DNA from: the human T2T-CHM13v2.0 reference genome, Homo sapiens
Length of the DNA: 64,000 nt
NCBI RefSeq assembly: GCF_009914755.1
Contig: NC_060935.1
Strand: one strand, 5' to 3'
The notes beneath the pieces are model-generated. The model was not told the DNA's origin and ran no database searches. It worked only from the letters and a program-made list of their open reading frames with translations. Positions 1 through 11,315 of the stretch are shown piece by piece. A program made the position numbers and the translations under genes. Within the stretch, counting starts at the first letter, position 1. Each line of letters opens with the position of its first letter.

Positions 1-184
1 AAAATATGTCTATCAAGAGAAGAATAAAGAGGGTATCTGTGGTTATACTTTAATTAGTTATTCCTGGAGAGGGGACATGTGGCCTTATTCTAGTCCCATG
101 GGCTTGAGGGGGAAAGCAGACAGATTTATTTGACTGACTGTAAGGCTCCTTTGCAGATTACATAAAGAGAGAAAATAAGAAATT

Positions 185-488
<304 letters not shown>

Positions 489-3119
489 GAAGAAATCTTA
501 TTCTTATAGTTAGTGAAATGTGATGCCTCCTGAAGCCACAAGACACATCTCAGTCTGTAAAGGCATGACGGTAAAGTGTGTGTGAATAGAGAGAGGGTGA
601 GAAAAAGGAAACTCATTTGTGGGCTGTTTCCTGTTAGTACCTGTCTGCTGTGTTACCGACCCTTGCACATTCCCTGCCTTGCCTCTGCAGCCTCTAGTCC
701 AGATTGAAGAACCCTGAAGACCTAGCTTCCTCACCCTGTATAGTTACTGTAGTTACTAAGGATCTAAATTATTGGCATACCAGCTGACTGCTTTAAGCCT
801 AAAGCAAAGTGCCAGGTAGAGGACATGCGTTACTTAGATACTGCCTATAAAGCAGATTTCTCTGTGTGGGAGACTTCTGCCCCACAGTGTCCCATTGTGA
901 AAGCAGAAATGAATTTTGGTGAAATCAAATAACTTAGTTTGAGAAGTATTTATTTTAATCTGAAAATTGTTATTTTGCCCTTAACTAATGTTTAAAGCAA
1001 GCAGTACTTTGCATTGTACTAGGGACTGCAATGTGCAGTTCTGGCATGCCCAGGTTTAGAGGGAAATCCATAAGGTTGTCTGCTTTAACCTGAGACTCCA
1101 AATTTAGTTTTTCGGCTTTTTCAATAAAAAAAACCTAGAGGAAACCTTAGTGATCTCTTTGGGCAATAAAAAGCCAAAGGCAGCTGATCTAAATAGTCTT
1201 CTCCCCTTCCGTTTCCCCAAACTAGTTTCTACTCATGTTTCAAAACATCTCCTTCTGCTTTTTGCTCACTGTGGATCAAATACTGCCATCATTCTGATCC
1301 TATTGCTGAAAGTAATCTGTTAATTCCTCACCAGGCTAACTCCTGGATGAGAGAGGGGGTCTTATTTTTGTGTGTAATTTATACATACCCTTGTGTTGTA
1401 ATGTTAACTGATTGTCAAACTGGCATCAGTGTCTTCCTTCATTTCCTTGGAAAGTTTGAAATAGGGAGATGATGCTGGGGTTGAAGTGGTCTTAACGTCT
1501 GTCTTATTCAGTGACTGTAATTGATTTTCCTTGAGGAACACAGTGCAGGAGTAGTGTGTGTGAAGTTCTGAGGTTTCTACTTTTCAAGGTTCAGATATGT
1601 GACCTCTGGGTGGTGGTGGTCATATATTTGAAGTGCTTTGAGGTTCCTGTGGAATTACAGTGTTTTATAATTTGAAGTAACAGATCTTATTAATTATAAA
1701 GCGTTCTCAGTTAAATTACTGAACTCTTGCTACGTGCCAGGCATTCTGCTGATGACAGCCCTTTTCAAAGGTCCATAGATATCATCTGTATTCTGATCTC
1801 CTTAGGTCCAGGAAGTCATCATCTAGTAAGTTGTCATATAAGGTCACATAGTACATTAATGCCAGCAGAACTGGGACTAGTAGTAAATATTTTACGAATC
1901 TGGGAGGTCCAGTGTTAGGTGCATATAAATTGGATTGTAATATCTCTGTGTTGTATTGATCCTTTTATCATTATATTATGACTACCTTTGTCTTCTTCTA
2001 CTGTTGTTCCTTTAAAGTCTGTTTTATTTGATATAAGAATAGCTACTCCTGCTCACTTTCTGTTTTCATTTGTGTGGAATGTCTTTTTCCATCCCTTTAC
2101 CTTGGATTTATATGAATCCTTACATGTTAGGTGAGTCTCTTGAAGACAGCAGATATTTTTGGTGTGTGATTTATATTCATTCTGCTAATCTATATCTTTT
2201 AAGTGGAGCATTTAGGCCATTTATATTCAATATAAATATTGGGACTTGGAGGTGCTTTCCAATTATCATGTTAAGTGTTACTTACTTTGTTTTCTTCATT
2301 GTGTTACTGTTTTATAGGCCCTGTGAGTTTTATGCTTTCAAGAGGTTCTATTCTGGTGCATATTGACCTTTTGTTTCAGGATTTAGAACTCCTTTTAGCA
2401 TTTCTTGTATGGCTGGGCTGGTAATGACAAATTCTCCCCACATTTGTTTGTCTGAAAATTACTTTATTTCTCCTTCATTTATGAAAATTAGTTTTTCAGG
2501 ATACAAAATTCTTGGTGACAGTTATTCTGTTTAAGGAGGCTAAAGATAGGACCCCAATCTTCTGGTTTTTAAGATTTCTAGTGAGAAGCTTGCTTTTAGT
2601 CTGATAGGTTTTTCTTTATAGGTTACCGGGTGCTTTTATCTCACCACTCTCAGAATGCTTTCCTTCACATTGACTTTATATGTAGCCCAATGACTATATG
2701 CCTTGGTGAAGTCCTTTTTGTGATGAATCACCCATGAGTTCTATGAGTTTCTTGGATTTGGATGCCTAGATCTCAGACAAGGCTAGGGAAGTTTTCCTCA
2801 ATTATTCCTTTAAATAAATTTTCCAAACGTTTTGCTTTCTCTTCTCCCTCAGGAACACCAGTTTTTCTTAGGTTTGGCCATTTTTCATAATCTCATATTT
2901 CTTGAATGCTTTGTTCATTTCTTTTGATTCTTTTAAATTTTTATTTGAGTGGGTTAATTTGAAAGTCTTCTCTTCGAGCTCTTTCAGGAGAAGATGAAAT
3001 TCTTTCATCTACTTGTTCTAGTCTGTTGTTAAAACTTCTTATTGCATTTTGTAATTTCCCAAATGTGTCTTTCATTTCCAGAAGTTCTGATTGGTTTTTC
3101 TTTCAAGTATCTGAAATAG

Positions 3120-3427
<308 letters not shown>

Positions 3428-3697
3428 GAAAATTCTTTATTTATATCCTGAATTTCTGATTTCTTCATGTTGGTTCTTACCTTTCTCTGATATCTCCTTG
3501 AGTAGCTTAGTAATCAACCTTTTGAATTCTTTATCTGGTATTTTAAAGATTTTGTGTTGTTCTGGATCCATTGCTGGAAATCTAGTGTGATCATTATAGA
3601 ACCCTGTTTTGTCATATTACCAGTTATTTTTCTGGTTCCTTCTCATTTGGGTAGAGTATTACTTCTAATTATTCTTGAATTTGTTTTATATTTTACT

Positions 3698-3745
3698 CTG
3701 TGTGTGTGTGTGTGTGTGTGCGTGTGTGCGTGCTTGTGTGTGTGT
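3698..3745. repeat. (TG)n microsatellite
   Basis: Direct reading. Confidence 0.95.
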
Positions 3746-3942
3746 TTAGTTTCTTTTTTGCTCCTTAAGGATGTTACTTTAATGTTTACAGTTTATTGTA
3801 GCCTAATTTGGCTCTTGCTTTTGGTGCTTTCAGCAGTGAAGACTCTGTATGAGTTTCTTGGTTATAGAGAGTCTTTGTATGATGGCTTTCTCAGATACTG
3901 GTTGTAGTAGCAATGTGCTCAGTGTGTGAGCAAGTTCACCAT

Positions 3943-4425
3943 TGTTATAAATAAAGTTTCGGTGCCGCAAAAGAAATAGCACTTGAATATAAAATTTTCT
4001 TTTTAATTCTCTGCAAGGCAATGTACTTGGGATGCGCCCTTACAGATGGAGCAGTAGTGAGCTCACACCTGGACAAGGGACAGGGGAGTTCTTATTCCTG
4101 GCGCACGTGGCCCCCGCTGCTGTGTCGTTCCCCTATTGGCTAAGGTTAGACTGCACAGGCTAAACTAATTACGATTGGCTAATTTAAAGAGAGTGATGGG
4201 ATGAGTGGTTTGGTGGAATAAATGGTTATGGCAGAGCAAGAAATCGGAATGAGTCAGGGTGGAGAATGAGTCAGGGTGGAGCAGGTAATGGGAATAAGTC
4301 AGGGTGGAGAAGGTAATTGAAAAAGGTTGCTTTACGAGGAAGTTAAGTTTAAAAGTAGAAGGCAAAGAATTGAACATACTCACATATTGATTCTTTGAAG
4401 AGAAATTTAGAACTCATATCTAACA
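3943..4425 (-). mobile_element. 3' LTR (LTR10A/F-type), 483 bp
   Basis: Minus strand TGTTAGATATGAGTTCTAAATTTC...TTTATAACA; TGAGTCA-containing repeats; preceded on the minus strand by the polypurine tract AAGAGGAGGGAT (4426-4437). Confidence 0.9.
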
Positions 4426-4429
4426 ATCC

Positions 4430-5900
4430 CTCCTCTTGCATTTCCTTACAGCTCTTTCTCTTCAAACTTCTTTAACATGTCTTGGCTTAGTTGTTCTGCT
4501 TGATTTCCCAAAAGAAGAAGCTTCACTGGATAAAGTGGAGGATAGTTAAGGGAGGTTTTAGTAAGTGCCGTTTTTATGAGCCTCTGCAGCAACCCACACG
4601 TGCATGGTGTGGCACAGCACCTGACAAGAATAAGTACACCTATTACGGCTGTGAGGGAAGTAAGAATTGAGGCTGTTATTCTTTTCCATTTACTGAACCA
4701 CTTTTCTAGCCATCCTGTAAAGGGGTCATTTACCCCTGAGTTGTTGGCTAACTCATTGGACAGAGAGCAGTCAGACCTTGAAATGCCTTTGTTATACTTC
4801 CATCAGGGGCAGTGTTGTTTGGGATGAAGGTACAACATTGAGTTTTAATTATGACACAAACTCCTTCTTTTTCTGCTAATATCGTGTCTAAGGCTATCCT
4901 ATTTTTCCCAAGCCATCTGGCTAGTGGCCCCTAATTGCTCAGCTATTCCTTTAATAGCATCTCTAGTGTAGTTAATAGATCGCTTTTGGTTGTAATAGAT
5001 GTAATTTATCCAATTTACATTTTATTAATTGTCACCCACCAAAATATTGACTCAAATCCTTCAGCTATTTGATTTCGGGCTTTAAATTGATATGGTATTC
5101 CCCATGGGACTCTAATTGTGTCTAAGTAGATGTGGGAATGGAAAGACCCATAAGGGGCTTCTTTTGCTTTATGATGTCTTATTTTTCCTTTCTCTGGTTG
5201 ATTAAATGCCAGGGTGAAAGGGATAGCCAGTTGGACTAAAGCATAAGTGCCACTTCAGTTACTTGGCACAGTGTCCAGTAAAGGTCCACCATAATACCAT
5301 TACACATCTGCTCAGGGATGAATAAGGGCTGACTGATTGATAAGCTCTTGCAAATTCTTAAGCTCATTGCATCCCTTCAGGTCTCCAAGGAACGCTAAGT
5401 TTCCTTCTTGTCATGGGAGACATGAAGTGAGCTTAGTGTTGGGAAATGGAAGCTGGATGGCCCTCGGGGTCTGACCTGCAGGGTGTGGAACTTTGGGATA
5501 TAGCAGAGAGAGACATTGGCACGATTTGTTACCCCAGGCTGTAGAATCCTGGAAAAGAGCTACCATGCAGCCCACGCCCAGTTGACTGGAGGACCACCCT
5601 AGTGGAAAGGGGACAATCTGGGCCTCCGGCCCACCGTGCACACAAGCATAACAATTGCCTTTGTTTAACGTGTGGACGGAATATTAATCCATTTTAACCA
5701 AGCATTTACATCTTTACACCCTGTTTCAATGGCTGTGGTTTGCCTTAGGTCTCCTATTTCTACTACTGAGAACTTGCTGTTGTCATTTGGCATGAGGTGA
5801 GTCATAGTTTGATTTCATAGGTTTGGGAAGGGGGCAGCCGTAGGAGGTGGAGGAGGCAGAACAAAGTGCACCTTAAAGAAACCTATAGGATCCTTTCCAG
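4430..5900 (-). pseudogene. ERV env remnant (SU/TM), disrupted
   Basis: Minus strand ~4800-5130: ..QFKARNQIAEGFESIFWWVTINKNVNWINYIYYNQ..QMAW, then a 1-bp frameshift, then ENRIALDTILAEKEGVCVIIKTQCCTFIPNN (immunosuppressive domain plus CX6CC). Upstream boundary approximate. Confidence 0.85.
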
Positions 5901-6084
5901 TGACCTCTGCTCCTAAACCATAGAAGCGCTCTAAAGTGGTGTTAGAGTTGCTAGTGGTAGGAATAGTAATGGATATAAGCACTGGGTAAGGAAAGGAAAG
6001 GAAAAGAGAGGTAGACTAAGCTTTCCTTAGCTCTAATTTGGTAGGGATCGATCCAGGAAAAATGGCCCATGATTCTGAGGGTAA

Positions 6085-6385
6085 TGGTGCTTGCTTGACT
6101 TGGGTGTGATGTGTCCATCCCTTTCCGCCATACTAGTAGCAGTCTCAGTGGTTAGCAGCACAAGGTAGGGTCCTTCCCAGGCTGGCTTGAGTTTCCCTTC
6201 TTTCTACCCTTTGATGAGAATGGGATCCCCAGGGCCATGCTGATGTACTGGAAACTCCAAAGGTGGTGCCTGTGCTAAAAGACCTCTTGTTTTAAGGGAG
6301 GAGAAGGTGGAGGATAAACTAAGTATATAATTTCTAAGAAATTGATCCTTTGTTTTAAATGTGGGGACATCAAGAGTGGACTTTA
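6085..6385 (-). pseudogene. ERV pol integrase C-terminal remnant (GPY/F motif)
   Basis: Minus strand: PTFKTKDQFLRNYILSLSSTFSSLKTRGLLAQAPPLEFPVHQHGPGDPILIKG*KEGKLKPAWEGPYLVLLTTETA. Confidence 0.85.
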
Positions 6386-8077
6386 TAGTCCTTGGTGCCT
6401 TCTTGTTGAGAAATTTTCTTTAGCACCTATCTTTATTAGTTTTTAGACCAAAGAAAGCCAAACACCATTTTATATTTAACAGTGCTTCCTGTATGATTTT
6501 TATACCAGATAAGCTAAATTTCACCTTTATATTAGTGTGTTAATTTTAATAAAACCTTGTAGACATATTTATCCAATTTTTAATGTCTGACCATAAGGTA
6601 AGATTTTTATAGACGCTTTTTAACCTTTTATAATTTTTGTTAAAGAGCGGATTAGTGCTTTAAGAAAATCCTGTTGTGCTTTTATTTTAATGTCCAATTC
6701 ACAGAAAAACTGGATGATACCCCTTTAACTTTACCCAATGTGTTTACACACAGAATCACCTTTATAATTATGTTTCAAAACTTGCTTAAACCTTTAAAAC
6801 AAAAATTTTTTTTAACCTTTTAATGTAGGTAAAAATCCACATTCTTTTTCCTCCTTATAATCCCGTTTACCAAAAGTGTATTTTACTTTCCTTACACACC
6901 TTGCACATAAACTGTTTCTTCAATAGTTTTACATTCAGGAGGCCTAATTACTTTTAAATTATACAACATTTCTTGCATAAATTCCCTTTTATAACATTTT
7001 TTTTCACGACTTTCACAGAGAATTCTTCAGCATACCTCAACTTTCTGACTTGTTGCAAACATCCCTTTCTCTAAACAACCATTTAATTTATTTTAGGACA
7101 AGAATTTACCATATAACATTCCTTTTTACATAAATTCTACCCCCCACCCCCCTTTTTTTTTCTCAAAGATGATAACCATTCTTTTCCAAAGCAAACTTCT
7201 GTCATGTCTGTGTACTAAACTGTCTAAGGCCACAGTATTAGAAGTTAGGATAATACATGTTACACTGTTAACTTTTAGCAAACTTTACTTTTGTTGAAAA
7301 CCTTGTAAGTTTGGGATTTCAATTATTCTTTGCTATTAATAAGACCTCGTTCAGTCCATATTAATTTAGGATTGGTACAGATGGCTCCTTCCTGATTCTA
7401 TGAGTACTTTAAAGCTTAGCTGAGTGCAAACAGCTCGCAGGTTTGAGCAGGCCAATTATTAGGCAATTTTCCTAACAGAGCTTCTACTAGAGTTTCCATA
7501 TCACTCTCTGAATACCCATTGTGTCTTTTTCCCTCAATCACCCGACTGTCCTGAAGGGAGTTCCTCGTAGGTCTGGTTGGACCTTTGTATGGTAATGAAG
7601 ATTTAGATCCCCTGTTAGGAAACCTGCTGGGTAAGGGAATTTTCAGTGGTTAATGTTAAATCATCTTTTTCTAACAGAATAGCCTTATACTTTAAGGTTC
7701 TTGAGTCAGTAAGCTATCTTTTTGCTTTTTTGTTTTTGTTTTTTTTGACTTAGGATAGTGCTGACCTGATGAGGTGTGCTCACAATGAGGTTTCCTCTAA
7801 AATTTATTTTTCTACTTTCTTCTGTTAGCAAAGCAGTTGCTGCTAATAGATTGAATGCATTTGGGCCATCTATGGGTTACTGGGTTAAGGATTTTTGATT
7901 AGGAAGGCTACGGGTTGTCAGTGGCCTCAGTGCTTTTGGGCTACGCCCTTGTTTACAGTGACAGCAAGGTGGTATTGGAGTGTTACAGGGTCACGGAGAA
8001 GACCTTCAATTATTAATTATAGGTTTTAAATTTACCCTGGCTTTTAAAAGAATAGGGTACACTGTTTTTACTACTGC

Positions 8078-8215
8078 TCTCTCTCTCTTTCTCTCTCTCT
8101 GACTCTGTCTCTTTCTCTCTGACTCCCTCTTTGTCTCTCTGTCTCTTTCTCTCTCTCTGCCTCTCTCTTTCTCCCTCTTTCTCTTTGACTCTCTGTCTCT
8201 TTCTCTGCCTCTCCC
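8078..8215. repeat. CT-rich low-complexity tract inside the ERV
   Basis: Nearly pure pyrimidine (CT)n-like run. Confidence 0.9.
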
Positions 8216-8380
8216 AGCGGCTTATGCTGCTGTTCTCCCCTCTCCTTCCCCTTCCCTAGGGGAGGGACCGGTGGGAGTGGAGCTACTCTTTCTTCCCCAG
8301 AGAAGAAAGGAAAGGGGAGTTCTGAATACTTTTCTTACTACCGAAGGCTTATGTGAGGTTCAACCCCCTGAAATTTGTGG

Positions 8381-8710
8381 AAGGCTCAACCCCTCAAACC
8401 AGGGGTATCTTGCCTTGCCTGTCCTGGAAGGCTCAACCTCTCAAACAAGGGATGTCTTGCCTTGCCTGCCCCAGAAGCCTCAACCCCTCAAACCAGGGAT
8501 GTCTCGCCTTGCCTGTCCCAGAAGCCTCAACCCCTCAAACCAGGGATGTCTCACCTGGCCTGTCCCGGAAGACTAAACCCTCAAACCAGGGATGTCTCAC
8601 CTGGCCTGTCCCGGAAGGCTAACCCCTCAAACCAGGCATGTCTCGCCTGGCCTGCCCCGGAAGGCTCAACCCCTCAAACCAGGGATGTCTCGCCTTGCCT
8701 GCCCTGGAAG
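8381..8710. repeat. Minisatellite, 7 copies of a 46-47 bp unit, in the 5' internal part of the ERV
   Basis: Unit AAGGCTCAACCCCTCAAACCAGGGATGTCTCGCCTTGCCTGTCCCGG starts at 8381, 8428, 8475, 8522, 8569, 8615 and 8661. Confidence 0.95.
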
Positions 8711-9275
8711 GTTGACCTGTTTCCTCCCTTTCCCCCTCTGAAGGTCCCTTGCACACTTCCCACTCGTGTTGTCCTCTCTGGCTGCTCCCCCAAGGGAGAA
8801 TTAGGCCCCTTTTAGTGTTTCCGATAGGCGTACCGATATAACTTCCACCGCAGGATCTGCCTTAAGCCATATGAGGTAGCTACAGAACCACAGAGAGGAC
8901 CCACTCGCTCCGTCCAGCAGTAGGACTTATCACCATCCACTGGAACAACACTGCAAGTAGGGTCGTTTGTGATCATTCACCCCCACACACATTTAGCCCT
9001 CTAGAATTTGACCACCAAGGAGGTACTTTACCGGCTCCCGCAGCTTCTCCTTATTTGGTCTGTGCACAGAGTTGTCGCCATAGTATGTGAGGATCCTTTA
9101 AGCTAGGTTGCTGGCCAGTTTCTTTCCGCGTTGCTGAGAGCTCAGGTTATTCCTCACACTGGGTCCTGATTTCTCCTTATTTCTCCTGATTTCTCACCCC
9201 TGAGGCTGCCACAAGGGGGTGGGATGCCCCTTCTCATGAGAGAAAACCAGAGACTGCCCCCCAGAGGGGAATGTA

Positions 9276-9293
9276 ATCCTGGATGAGCCCCCA
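9276..9293 (-). other. Primer binding site, tRNA-Pro
   Basis: Minus strand TGGGGGCTCATCCAGGAT, 3 nt after the 5' LTR; 2 mismatches from TGGGGGCTCGTCCGGGAT. Confidence 0.88.
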
Positions 9294-9296
9294 AAT

Positions 9297-10033
9297 TGTT
9301 ATAAATAAAGTTTTGGTGCTGCAACAGAAATAGCACTGGAATATAAAATTTTATTTTTAATTCTCTGCAAGGCAACGTACTTCTATAGAAGGGTGTGCCC
9401 TTACAGATGGAGCAATGGTGAGTGCATACCTGGACAAGGGAGGGGAAGGGGTTCTTATTCCTGATGCACGTGGCCCCTGCTGCTGTGTCTTTCCCCTATT
9501 GGCTAGGGTTAGACCACACAGGCTAAACTAATTACGATTGGCTAATTTAAAGAGAGTGACGGGGTGAGTGGTTTGGCGGTAAAAATGGTTATGGCAGAGC
9601 AGGAAATCGGAATGAGTCAGGTGGAGAATGAGTCAGGGCAGAGCAGATAGTCAGAATGAGTCAGGGTGGAGCACCTGGACAAGGGAGGGGAAGGGGTTCT
9701 TATTCCTGATGCACGTGGCCCCTGCTGCTGTGTCCTTCCCCTATTGGCTAGGGTTAGACCGCACAGGCTAAACTAATTACGATTGGCTAATTTAAAGAGA
9801 GTGATGGGGTGAGTGGTTTGGCGGGAAAAATGGTTATGGCAGAGCAGGAAATCGGAATGAGTCAGGGTGGAGAATGAGTCAGGGCGGAGCAGGTAGTCGG
9901 AATGAGTCAGGGTGGAGCAGGTTATCGAATATGGTTGCTTTATAAGGAAGTTAAGTTTAAAAGTAGAAGGCAAAGTACTGAACATACTGACATATTGATT
10001 CTTTGAAGAGAAATTTAGAACTCAAATCTAACA
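9297..10033 (-). mobile_element. 5' LTR (LTR10A/F-type), 737 bp, with an internal ~245-bp tandem duplication
   Basis: Homologous to 3943-4425; 9428-9672 is repeated at 9673-9918. Confidence 0.92.
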
Positions 10034-10101
10034 ACCACCTCCTACAGGTCTTGAACTGCAGAGGTCTCTTGAAGCTTTCTTCATTCTTCCTTGATGTATA
10101 C

Positions 10102-10400
<299 letters not shown>

Positions 10401-10441
10401 TGATGTATGTGTATGTGTGTGTATATATATAGTGTGTGTGT

Positions 10442-10442
<1 letters not shown>

Positions 10443-10481
<39 letters not shown>

Positions 10482-10656
10482 AAAGGGAGCCTTGCTCTGT
10501 TTCCAGGCTGGAATGCAGTGGCACAATCTCAGCTCACTGTGCAGCCTCCACCTCCTGGGTTCAAGCGATTCCCCTGCGCCAGCCTTCTGAGTAGCTGAGA
10601 CTTACAGGCATGCACTACCATACCCAGCTAATTTATACTTTTTTATTTTTTTTTTT
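10443..10656 (-). mobile_element. Alu, right arm only (5'-truncated), long T tract
   Basis: Right-monomer sequence plus linker; TG/TA repeat at 10402-10442. Confidence 0.88.
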
Positions 10657-10834
10657 CTGCAGTATTTTATTTGCTGGGTTGATTAGTTCAGTCTTCAGAC
10701 CAGCAGGAGAGGTGTTCCTGGGTAGAAACCTGTTGTAGATAAAGTAGATGGGTAAATGCAATACCCAGTGGTGGATGGAGGTCCCAGCCTTGACAGAGGT
10801 AGCAGCTGGGAAAGCCCTCACTGAAACACACTGA

Positions 10835-11315
<481 letters not shown>

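Larger units (their letters stand above)
3943..10033 (-). mobile_element. Complete non-autonomous endogenous retrovirus, HERV-IP10 family (HERVIP10FH-like), with LTR10 LTRs
   Basis: Two homologous LTRs with TG..CA ends, 5-bp TSD ACCAT (3938-3942)/ACCAC (10034-10038), tRNA-Pro PBS, PPT, integrase and env remnants; internal part only ~4.9 kb. Confidence 0.9.

Noticed and set aside
4430-5900. Possible co-opted syncytin-like env
   Set aside because: There is a frameshift immediately before the immunosuppressive domain and no long minus-strand ORF.
8271-8815. CRISPR-like periodicity and repetitive ORFs of 89-146 aa
   Set aside because: The units are contiguous with no unique spacers, there are no cas genes and the context is eukaryotic. 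The ORFs are read-through of the minisatellite.
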